NCBI GenBank assembly: GCA_905331295.1
Contig: CAJNYD010000132.1
Span: 1-64,000 of the forward strand
Direction: 5' to 3'
From: Rotaria socialis
Taxonomy: Eukaryota
DNA: 64,000 nucleotides
Below the pieces are notes generated by a model, which saw nothing but the letters and a program-made list of their open reading frames with translations, was not told the DNA's origin and did no database searches. The position numbers and the translations under genes are program-made. This document shows, piece by piece, positions 41,265 to 52,900 of this stretch (the stretch's first letter is position 1; each line of letters starts with the position of its first letter).

Positions 41265-42577
41265 ATGTTTTTGAAAAGATCAGTGTATATGTGTACATGT
41301 ATTTCAGAAATTAAAGAAAAAGAAATGAAAACGAATGCTCTTAAATTATTTCGAACAGCTGTTACTGCTGCTGATCCGTATGAATGTGTGAAGCAGCATC
41401 TTATTTTTCATAATAATAATCAGTTGAATGATGACAATGCCGAATTGCATATTGGAAACAATCATATCACATTTAATCATAATCTGTATGTTGCAGCATT
41501 TGGAAAAGCAGCTATAGGTATATGAGAATTTAGATTTCTTCTGCATGATATATATATATATGCATAAAAAATTTTTTCTTCAATTTTAATAAGCTATGTG
41601 TCGAGCTGTGGATGAACTTTGTCATAAGCATATTATTAAAGGTATTGCTAGTGTTCCTGTTGGTGCTATTGAACAAGCGAAAAGGAAAGATTTGCATGCA
41701 ACTACACATATAGTATACGTTGATTTTAATTGAATTCTTTCAGAAGTGGCATTTATTCATCATGGAATAGTTCATTTGATTTTTATGAAGGTGCTGAAAA
41801 TAATCTACCCGATCAAGCAGCAATGAATACTGCTCAAATTATTGAAAAAATGGTTTCAAATACAGTGTGTACTGATGATATTCTTTTGGTACTCATTTCA
41901 GGTACTATATTATATACAATAAAGAACAAAACTAATCCACGTTTATAATTATTATTCTTTATTTCATTGTTAATTCATGCACAACAGAGTTTTTATCGGC
42001 CGAACATTGGACCTGGATTTTCTGAATAGTCATCAAAACGTCGTTGTTGATGGTCGCTATTGTATAATAATTCGGCCAAAATATTTTCTTCATCACTTGA
42101 TGGTGGTCGAATATCTCTTTGAGTTACTGATCGTTCAGGCAAGAGAGACATGGGCCGTTTGCGTACGAAAATACCTAAATTTGATCCACGAAAAAGAGGA
42201 ATAGATGTACGGGCATGCGCATCGATACGACGCTTAGGAAAATCGAATTGCTCATTCAAGGATGATGACGATGAAATAGCAGCTTGTTGACTATAGATCA
42301 CAACACATGCAAGTAGCCAACCTTCAATGAAAATATTATAGAAAAGAAAAAAAAGAATGAATTTATATTAATAGATTATTTGTGTAGTTTTTACCAGTTA
42401 TATAAACGAGTTTCATGTAAGAGACCATAGTACGTTGGATCGAATGAAATAGTTTAGTTATGGGGTTAAATGATCTCGTTGAAATAATGTAATATCTAAG
42501 TTTTATTGCTTACTATATAAATAGTTATCATCGCTCTCGAGTTGTCTTTCTTTTTTTTCTCCTAAGTTTCTTTCTCG

Positions 42578-42609
<32 letters not shown>

Positions 42610-44490
42610 TCGTTTTTATTACCTTTTGATGGTAGTTAGCAAGAAAACTGAGCGGCATTAATGAAAATTTGAACAAATTGTCTTGCGTGATATCATTTTT
42701 AATCGTATTTGAGCTTCTTGTCTTTCAGTTCATGATTGAAGATCCACATGCGTGTATAACACAATGCGACATGTAACGCATGATTTAGGAAATATTCGAT
42801 CCTTTTGTATGAAACCATAACATGCACTTAGAATCAACTGAACAAATTATCACAGCAAATAAATAAATATACGTAGAAAATTTGAATCAAAAACAAAACA
42901 ACTGCGCTTGTTTTATTTTTAAAATATTCGATGGATTTTAATAGATAATTAATTTAGGCGGTGGATCAGCATTATTACCATTACCTATTGATATACTCTC
43001 ACTTGAAGAAAAAATTCAAATAATTAAATTACTACAAAGTCAAGGAGCAACTATTCAAGAACTAAATACAGTTCGACAGTCTATGAGTCAACTTAAAAAT
43101 GGTGGACTTGCACGAATATCTAAAGCTAAAACTGTCAGTAAACGTTGCTGTGATTTAGCGATGTATTTCTTCTATGTATATCTTTGTTTTTATTTTTTTA
43201 TTTTTCGGGAAAAGATTATTGGATTGATTCTTTCTGATGTTATTGGAGATCCACTTGAATTCATTGCATCTGGACCTACATTTTACAGTGGCAATAAAAA
43301 TCAACAAGCACTCAATATTTTCAATAAATATGATCTTACGGATCGGATTCCTAATCAATTTTTTCAATATTTAAAAGAAAATGAAACGTTTAACAACGAT
43401 CAAAATATGTGAGTTTATTTTTCCTTTCGTAATAGTACGTACGCAAAATATAGTTTTCAATCCAATAACTGAATACCGATTTTGATTAGACATATTCTCT
43501 TTTGTGAAGACTAAAATTTGTGATCAGTTCGTTTTCTTTTTTCAAAACAAGTCGCTACTCTTGAATTCCTTGCGGAATCTTATTCATTACATGTATGATT
43601 CTTCACTTACGGTCGATAACTCTCTTGAACGGAACTACCAAAAATCTACTATTTAGATAAAACAAGGAATTCAATAGTTCTCCTTAGATGGAAAGAACTG
43701 ATTGCTAATTTCAGTTTACAAGAAAAGAATTGGTAAAAAGTTTTTCTATCTTTATCTGAACTCGGATGACCCATTAAACCAGAGAACTTTTAAAACCTTT
43801 GCATAATAATCAAATAAAATTATGGTTTATTCTTATATTTGAAGATTTTCCATTAAACAAATTGATAATATTATTGTGGGAAGTAATCGCATTGCATTAG
43901 AGGCAGCTGCTCGTCTATGTCTTCAGTCGAGCGCCTATGTCCCTTTTATTATGACGACCTGTTTACAAGGCGAAGCACGCGAAGTTGGCTGTCGCATTGT
44001 TGAACTCATTAAAGCAAACTCATCTCATCTGTTTTATAATGATAACATTGCTTCTTTATTTACTGATAAACAAACATTTGATGCTTTTCAAATATTCAGA
44101 AAAGAGCACAAACGCTATTGTCTTTTATTAGGCGGTGAAACAACAGTAGTGATGAAAAATGAGATTGGAAAAGGTGGTCGATGTCAAGAGCTTGCATTAG
44201 CTGCAGCATTATCTATTGACAGTAGTAACGAAGATGATACATCGCTACTTATATTAGCAGCCGGTTCAGATGGAATCGATGGACCGACTGATGCAGCTGG
44301 TGCTTTTGCGTTCAACGGTATGATTACTAATCAGGATGACATTCAACAAGCCTATGCGTCACTTGATAAGCATGATGTGTACACATACTTAAACGAAATA
44401 AATAATGGTGAAAATCTTCTCAAAATTGGACATACTAGTACGAATGTTATGGATATTATTATTGTACTTGTTGAAAATAAAGAAAAATAA
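41265..44490 (+). CDS. GLYCTK: Glycerate kinase (class II, MOFRL family)
   Basis: Six exons; AAFGKAA, GAENNLPD, VLISGGGSALL, GATIQELNTVRQSMSQLKNGGLA, LILSDVIGDPLEFIASGPT, GGETTV, GKGGRCQE, GSDGIDGPTDAAGA, TSTNVMD. Start may be 41265 or a downstream Met. Confidence 0.92.
41993..42416 (-). CDS. Neuropeptide precursor (CCK/sulfakinin-like), nested antisense in a GLYCTK intron, 116 aa
   Basis: Exons 42416-42395 and 42321-41993 (73-nt GT-AG intron): MKLVYITGWLLACVVIYSQQAA signal peptide, KR/RKR/RR sites, terminal RR-FDDYSENPGPMF-G-R-stop; minus-strand AATAAA at 41963-41958. Confidence 0.75.
42572..42610. repeat. (CT/GA)n tract upstream of the nested neuropeptide gene
   Basis: Direct reading; ~160 bp upstream of the minus-strand ATG, with a TATA-like TTATATAG (minus) near 42520-42513. 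Confidence 0.8.
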
Positions 44491-46000
44491 TCAATAAATT
44501 CGTATTCAATATTTTAATCATTGAAGAAGTTCACAGACATAAAAGTTTCAAACTAGCACGAGGATATAATGAACTATTACACGCACAGTTCAAACCTAAC
44601 GTAAGTTTTGAGGATGAATAACTATTAACACTAACAATGTTTAACATAAAGTTTTCAATTAATACACGAGACAAAGTTATATCCATTCAAAATTGTTCAA
44701 CCAATCTTTAAGAGACCATTCATTATAGTCTATCATAGAATATACAATCGTGTCAAAACTTTATCTATTTTTTTTCTCACACAATATGGCAGTAAAAATA
44801 GCAGACCCGAACTGATGAAATTCTTCTTATAAATGTTTCAATTTTTCATATACGATTGAATGAATCATCGAGTAAGTCTCCACAATCAAACAAGTACAAC
44901 GCCAGTCTCGACTTTACACGATCAACATGATTTAAGGATTTGAATTCCCATGTAAAAATGCCCAACACGCTTTTGTTTATTTTTATATACGAGGGGGATG
45001 TTTTGAAAGTTCGTGTATACATAAAGTATAGAAGTAAGATGATAGTCCTGATTATTTTTGAAACAGAATATGAAACAAAAAAGAAGCTCAGTTAGAACAT
45101 TAAGTATAGATTATTGTTACTGTTCACACAGCTTTCAAACCAAGAGACAAATACATTCGTAATTTGTTCCTGATGTAAGATACAACAGTAAGAGTTGAAT
45201 GAAATTTATCCCGAGATCGATCGCATATTCACGATTTTAATTTCTTGAAATAAACAAAAAACAGCTGAAAAGAAAATCAAAAGCAGTAAACTTTCTTTTA
45301 CTTAGATATCAACCAGATCTCTGTCTTGGAAGACTATGCATCCTAATCCTGCTAGAATTTTTCTAGTCCTACCATCTCTTACCGATAGCTAAAATTTAGA
45401 TTCATATGGTGGCATCCAGCAATTAAGTAGATTTCGTCGTAATATTATCTATTTGTATTTTATGCTTTCTTTAATATGATAATCTTATTCTAATATTTTT
45501 TCTCGTCATAGAAGTTTATCATTTATAAATATTTTATTTGCAACACATCATATTTCTCTATTTTTAACGCAAGAGTCATGGTAATTCTAGAATATACTTT
45601 GCTAAGTACTGTAAGTGTACACCGTCCGCGAAGGTTAAATCCACTGTTAAACAGAGATCTTTAAAAAAATATTCGTTTACAATAAGTATTTCTTAAGATC
45701 AAATGACTAATACAATGGAATATATAAAAAATATTTCTATGATCAATTAATAATTATATGATCTTGTTTTATTTACTACAATGGATGTTCCAGTTTTAAT
45801 GTAGTTCTATTTTAAATTTAAATAAAACAAAACAAAATACTTTCATCAAAAAAATATATAATACATTTGAGCTTTATTAACAAAGTCTAATTAGAATCCA
45901 ATTAACTTTCTATCGAATGATCCTTGGAAAAATTGAGTTGATATACTTGGTAACAGCGCAAAATAATATTTTCGTATATCTTAAATCTTCATCATTTCGT

Positions 46001-46463
46001 ATGTTCAATTCATCTTATGGTTCATCTCGTATAACTCCATTGTCTCGATCAACATCATTCGAATATTTCGATGATCAAGATCTATCTGCATTACAATTTC
46101 GAATGTTTATAGGTACGACATAAGAAATTTTAAAGAAAAACGATCTCAAATTTCTTATGTAATATTTAGGAGTGCTTATTTCATTTTCTATTATCATATG
46201 CCTTGTTATAAGTGCTATCATTTATTATGAACTATTTACTGGAAGTAAAAATCAACTAACTGAAGAACATGCTATACGACTAAAAGATTTTAAAGTAAGT
46301 GAAGTCTAAGAAAAAGAGATTATGTAAAAATTTTATTTGGTTACACTTGAAGGAATTAACAGGAATGCATATTGAATTAAATGATATTCAATCAATTTTA
46401 ATGAATGAATTTATTTTACAAGCATGGAAACGTGAAAAATATAGACGAGAAAGACATATTTAA
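46001..46463 (+). CDS. Small single-pass membrane protein of unknown function, 115 aa
   Basis: Exons 46001-46112, 46170-46294, 46353-46463 join in frame through 57- and 58-nt GT-AG introns; TM segment MFIGVLISFSIIICLVISAIIYY. Confidence 0.7.
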
Positions 46464-46489
46464 ATAATTAGTTCTATTACCGGGTTTAC

Positions 46490-47158
46490 TCATAGCAAAA
46501 ACGAATACAAGTACAATATACTGTACAACAATGGAAAAATGTATGAAACGGATATTCTTCTACTATTTGAAGAAGTTAATTGTTGATATTGTTCATTGGT
46601 TTCATTCAATAATTCTTTTTGCATTTTTATACGATATTGATTATTTTGATTTATCGAATAACGCCGATAATACTTTTGTACATCAATAATAAATCGTAAA
46701 TTTTTTGTACGACATAGACCATCATACTTTTGATAAATACCATTTTTGTCTCCATTTGATGTTGAAATAAAATAATAAGAATTACCATCCTGAAATTCTG
46801 GTATGGTTGGATATGGTAAATATTTTGATATTGATAATGTATACATTAAACGTTTTAAGCTATGCGATTGATCGCATACAAGAAGTGGCTGATAATTTTC
46901 TGTTAGACATGCATGATAATCAATTTTCGATACTAAATATAATGTATTATATTCCATAGATGTCGATTCATTATAATACGGACAAAGAAAATCAATTGTA
47001 TCACCAAGACGTGCATTAAGAATAAATGAATTATTAGAAGAGAAAAATGGATTTAAAGAATTCCATTCAACTTGAAAGTTCTGTCGTCGCCGATGTTGAC
47101 AATAAGAAACCGAGATTGAACTTGATAATAAATATATAAATATTAAATATAACACCAT
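46490..47158 (-). CDS. Ephrin, probably GPI-anchored; intronless CDS
   Basis: Signal peptide; VEWNSLNPFF, LGDTIDFLCPYY, LYLVS..YHAC, LLVCD, EFQDGNSYYFISTS, GLC; C-terminal SSNS + hydrophobic tail with no cytoplasmic domain. Confidence 0.9.
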   Translation of the reverse strand: MVLYLIFIYLLSSSISVSYCQHRRRQNFQVEWNSLNPFFSSNNSFILNARLGDTIDFLCPYYNESTSMEYNTLYLVSKIDYHACLTENYQPLLVCDQSHSLKRLMYTLSISKYLPYPTIPEFQDGNSYYFISTSNGDKNGIYQKYDGLCRTKNLRFIIDVQKYYRRYSINQNNQYRIKMQKELLNETNEQYQQLTSSNSRRISVSYIFPLLYSILYLYSFLL

Positions 47159-48872
47159 ATCGAAAAAGATCAGATTCAACTTTTGTGCAAGAAAAATAAT
47201 TCTATTAAATAAAAATGTATCTATGTATTCATTCTATTTATCTGTATATGTTTATGAAAATGACGAAGTGCTGAGATTACATAATCAATGACAAGCTGTG
47301 AGATTGTGACAAACATCATGTGCGTGTCTAATTTTTTTTTTCGTGTTGGACATTCCAAATTTTTCTCTCTCTCTCTCTCGCTCTCTCGCTCTGTATCTAT
47401 CTCGTTCTCTGATGACAAGCTGTACAGTCGAAGGTGATTTGTTGTCAAATGATGTTCATTAGTCAAGATTATACCGCTTAGATATAGAATAGAAGAAAAA
47501 ACAAATTCTATTCACACTTTATATTCTATAATCTCTGATGATGATGAATGATGATAAAAAGTGATTTGCGAACCGATGATGATTCAATATATTTCATTTG
47601 AGAAAATAGATAATGCCTTGAGGTATTTTGTTTCTACATGTTGTTTGTATTCTGAAAGATAAATTTAGTGGCGTTGATCAACAACATTCTTAAATCGATT
47701 TTTCATACATTTTTTTGTTTTTCTTTCTCTCTCTTGAAAATATTCACAGTTAAGGTTCATTGATTATACTGGTGATGTGTCATTTGATTTTCAAATGACT
47801 TAAGGGAGTGTTGCTTGCTTAGATATTAAAATAATTTGTTATTTGTTTTGTCTATGTTTATTAACACAATTTTAAATATTAGCCTTGGCATCTCATTTTT
47901 TCTTTGACAAGAACTCGAGATAAAAAAAATGAACTTAATCGTATTACTCCAGAGTTTCTATTCATATCGTTCGTTTCTTTTTTTTTCTTTTTTCTTTTTT
48001 ACTTCGACCAAGAAGTTATCAATGAGTGGTTTCTCTCCGTGCGCCTATCTGTATCTTACTGTTATCAGCCTGATAATCGGAACTTGCTGACATGGTGTCT
48101 GTCTACTAGTTGAGAGTATAGAGAATAGTGAGAAATAGGCAAGACAAAAAAGAGAGATCAAATTAAAAGAAAGATAAAGCTTCGCTTTGTTTACATCATG
48201 AAATATCGATTTGGTTTTGTTGAGTATTAAATTCCAAAACTCTTGTCATTGATTATCGATTGAACATAAACACAATGCCCCTGACTTTCTTCCTCTAACT
48301 ATTTACTCATTCTTTTTTTTTTTTTGGTCGATTAATATGAGAAAAGAGAAAGGAGAACTACTTATCAGCTTGAACGGACACAACAATAATATTTGATGTC
48401 CTTCGTCTGATATATACTGATGTAGACGGACGTTCAACAATCATCTCGGACAGAAAGAAGCTCAACAATGGCATGCATGCAAACTCAATCTTTTCTTAAC
48501 GGGCTGTCGAATAAATGAACTAGCCGTATGTCTACATAGAGTTTTTTTTGCCTTTCTTGATGCTCTTGACTTGATGAAAAAGGTGGTCAATGTTCGACAT
48601 TGCGGCACATAATAGAACTAACAATAACAACAAAAGTGAAGAATGAAAACAGTAGTTCAACATTCAACTTTTGATCCGATAACAAAACAATGTTTAGATA
48701 GAGACAGTGAGACATGTATTCATAAGTTTATACTTATACCATCATATACTTTCTCTCTGGAGAGAGAAAGAGACAGAGAGTCAAGAAAAAAATAATGATT
48801 ATATGACATCGTCAAGAAATGAATGTCATCGTTTGTCTTGATAAATAGATATTGGAAAGTTAGATTGAACAG

Positions 48873-48908
<36 letters not shown>

Positions 48909-49973
48909 CTATATTTACATATCTTCATCTCGAGGGAAAAGGAAAAGAGAAATCAACCATCATCCTGTTCCATTTTTTGACATTCCAATTAGTATAGAAG
49001 CACCGACTCGTGCAATATATACACATACATACATCCAAACACAAACACGTTCTCGTCGATATGTTTGTTCTTTCTTTCACTAACTCACTCATTTCTCTCC
49101 TTCTATGTTCTTACTTGTACTACAAGCAACGGCTGACTGCTGCGCGTCTGTCAAAGCTAAACTTGTCCCAACTAATCGAATATCGCCTGTGATATATGTA
49201 TGCATATGTGATGACCGACCGGACATTGAATGACTGACGTTGTTCTGAATTATGAGAAAGAAAGGGCATATTAACCTAACTGATCACTGTCCGATATTAC
49301 GGGAAATGAATGAATGAATGAATGGATTGATCATTTTCATCATCCCTCTTGTCTTATTCTATACACAGATATCGGAAACGGTCTGTCTCTGCTCTAGTTC
49401 TTCTCTCATTTATTGTGTAAGCAAACAAGGAGATAGAGAATAGGTTTCTCTTTCTTTTGCCGTCATGTTTTATCTATCACTTGTGCGCATATATATATAT
49501 ATATATATATGTTGAGCTTTCAAGACAGGTAATCGATGATGTTGTAGAAAGAACGAGCAATGGTAGTGGTGACAAACACAAGCAACACTTCCTAATGAGA
49601 GTATTTTCTTGTTAGATCCTCCTCCTTTTCTTTTGAACGATTGCATCATCGTATGGAAATTTCGAATTTCTTTGTACGTGCTTGTATGTCTGTGAATGAA
49701 AAAAAATACGTTTTGTGACGGTAGTATACTTTGACAAGTGGGTGGAGTAAAAAAAAAAGAGAGAACAACGGAGTTTCAGTATGTTTATTCAATCATTCCT
49801 TGAGCTGACCGATGAACAATTTGCATATGTACAAGTACACTTGCACAATCATCATTTGTTTGAAATGACAGCTAGAAAAACTATTCTTAAATGATACCCA
49901 TTCATCATTACTTGACAGTTAATCGAATATTTCTTTTTATTTCAGATCCATAACTGAATGTGTTCATTAGATA
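47159..49973. promoter_or_regulatory. Divergent ephrin/plexin upstream region rich in (GA/CT)n tracts
   Basis: 2.8 kb without credible ORFs between head-to-head ATGs; GA/CT tracts near 47365, 48760, 48875; acceptor-like tatttcag at ~49945. Regulatory role is inference. Confidence 0.45.
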
Positions 49974-52900
49974 ATGTTAATATTTTATCGAAAATGTATG
50001 ACATTCCTATGGATTCTATTCTGTCAAATGAATATCCTTCGAACTTCTCACATTCGTCATCTTTCTCTATTAAATAAGATTCATCATTTAGCTTATTATT
50101 CTCCGTTAAAATGGCTTTATGTTGCTTCAATTGATTCAATTTCAATTTTTGATGATAATTTAACATTAGTACAAAGTATATCGACAAAAAATTCTTATTT
50201 AAATGATTATGATATATGCCAAATTAATCCTTGTCAGTGTTTAAATAATTTAACAAATGATTATAATAACAACAATGATGAGGATTTAACATCGGATCGA
50301 TATCGTCGTTCGAAATTAATTCAATCATTAAATTTACAACATTCTACCGATCAAAATAATTATAATTTATTAATTTATCTTGAAACAGAAAATCAAATAA
50401 AGAATCAACCATATTTAATTGATTGTTGGTCTCTACAAGCAGGTTCCTGTATTATTCGTAATGCACTGAATCTATCACAAATTTATTATCAACAAATATC
50501 AACAACTAACGAACAAAATCAGGCACAAAAATTTTTGTTCAATACTGATTCAAAAATACCAAATCATATATTTCCGTTTCATTTTAAATTTAACAAATGT
50601 AATAATACACCGACTTATCTATTTTTAACATCAACATTAAAGAAAAACTTCGCTACACCGAATCCAAGAGAAAAATCCGACGATTTAACTGATCGTTTTT
50701 ATTTTCAATGTCTTGAACAAGGACAACGACGTACAATTGCTTTGCGAGCGTTTGTATATGATGATGAAATAAAAAAACCGGAACACTATGTAAACAAATC
50801 TATGAACACAACGGTCAAACTACGAACCAGTACCGTTGTTAAAGAATCGATTATGAAACATCAAAATGTTCACGTCGAGAACTCCATTAATACAACAAGG
50901 TCATCTTCAAATAACAATATATCAAATGTAACATCAGTTAAAGCAATACACCGAACATCATCAACTGCTTCAATGATTCCTGATGATCATGTAACAAATA
51001 TAAATAAGAATAAGAATAACAGTGCATCATCTGAATTCAATTTTATTCATGAACAGGTTCCATTTTTGAATATAAATGATTATTGTTCTGAACAATTATC
51101 TGTTGTACGTTCAATTTATACAGATTTTTTTGAACGAGAATCTTCTGATAAATTTCGAATATTTCAAGATATTTTCTATGATGAAAATAATTCAGCTATA
51201 TATTTGTTTACTAATCAACAACATGTTAGTAAAATCATACGTTTATGTGAAGGACAAATATCATTTCGACATTATGTTGAATTACAAATTACCTGTGGAA
51301 ATGATTATACTCTTATACAAAAAGTTAAAGTCATTAAACTAAACAATAATAAACAATATCTATTGACAATAGCATCAAAACCGAAGACATCAAATAGTAT
51401 TGAACCATCAATAAATAGTCATTCAGCCATATGTTTATATGAACTTGATCAAATAAGAAATGCTTTTATTGAGAATATTCTCGATTTAGCAAAAGGAAAT
51501 GTTTCACTCGGTATGGCTTGGTTACATGGCGAATCAGTTATTGTAAGATTCGATTAATTATATTATTATTTGAAAGAAAAAAAAAGTAATATGTCCATTC
51601 TTATTTAGCCGCAATATCCTGCCCCATATGGAAATTTAGCTCGATGTTCAACAACACGAGATGCAAGCTATTTAATGATCTACGAAGGACCGTCGAATAT
51701 TTCTTCACAGCCAATAATGAATTTTTCATCTGATCAATTAACATCATTGGAAGCAACTATAGTTAATGGTTATATTGTTATTTTAGCTGGTACAGCTGAT
51801 GGTAAAATTAAAAAGGTAATTGATATTTTCGGAAAGGTTACTATTGTGTATCGATAAAAAAAGGATCATGTTGTATTTGATTGATGGCAAATAACACTTT
51901 TGAAGTATTTATTTTCCTTCTTTTTGTCGGTATAATTACTAGATCAAAAAAGACAGAATCAATTGAGAAAAATTCGGATTCATAGAAATAAGTTTTAGCA
52001 TATTGATATAATCAATGAAAAAAATTGTAACTCATGCATCATTAGTAATGGCACTATTCATTCATATTTCCTATGTATTGTAGTCATATTTCTAGACAGA
52101 AAATATGCGTTCACAAGAGAATTTTTCCGGCGAGCTAATTACTTTTGAGCTACGGCTCTATGTATCATGTACATTTTCACGAGTACAAAATACCCTGAAC
52201 AATTTTCGGCCTATTAGTTCATCGGAACAAGATTATTGCTATTTACAAGTATTGGTTAAGTCAAGGTCGCCGTAATTCCCGATAGAGCTACGAAGAGAAT
52301 CTGTTTTCGACTCCAACTTTAAAGTTTTGAAGCTACACGGAACTTAACGAGAATATGTTGTTCATAGAAGACAAGCTTTTTTCCACAGGCATATTTAACG
52401 ATAGAAATGAGGAAATAATCTGAAATTTTTGATAGTTCACTATTGTCATTGAAGTTTGTCTATTCATTCATTTTCAAGGTACAGTTGAAAATTTAATTTT
52501 CTTGGTGTTCTTCAGACGGAAACTGGATCCTACATGATGCGCATAGTTACTATAACAAAAAAAACAACTAATCAATTTGGAATCTCCATCGATCATAAGA
52601 CATAACTTGAAGTCTAGAATTAGTGAAAAGTAATCAATGCGAAATGTCAAAATATAGAAAAATTCATTAGAAGCCAGTAAATGTTGAAGAATTTCATAGG
52701 TTGCTAATGATTTTGAAGTAGACCTAGTTTTTCATATCTGACATCGAGAAAAAGATGAAAGAAAAAATACGAATTGCATAATTATTTATCGAAAACTCTT
52801 TAGTTGAACCCAATTAGTTCAAATATGGATAGGGATTATTGCAGTGTCTTAATCCTCTATTAATGCTCATGGGATTAACTTAAAAGAAAAGGAAGCAAGT

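Noticed and set aside
44537..44670. Degenerate short direct repeats, considered as CRISPR-like or minisatellite
   Set aside because: Only two or three poor copies with irregular spacing, eukaryotic context, no cas genes.
44988..45400. TA-CGAGGG start resembling a mariner TIR
   Set aside because: No matching opposite TIR or recognisable transposase motif.
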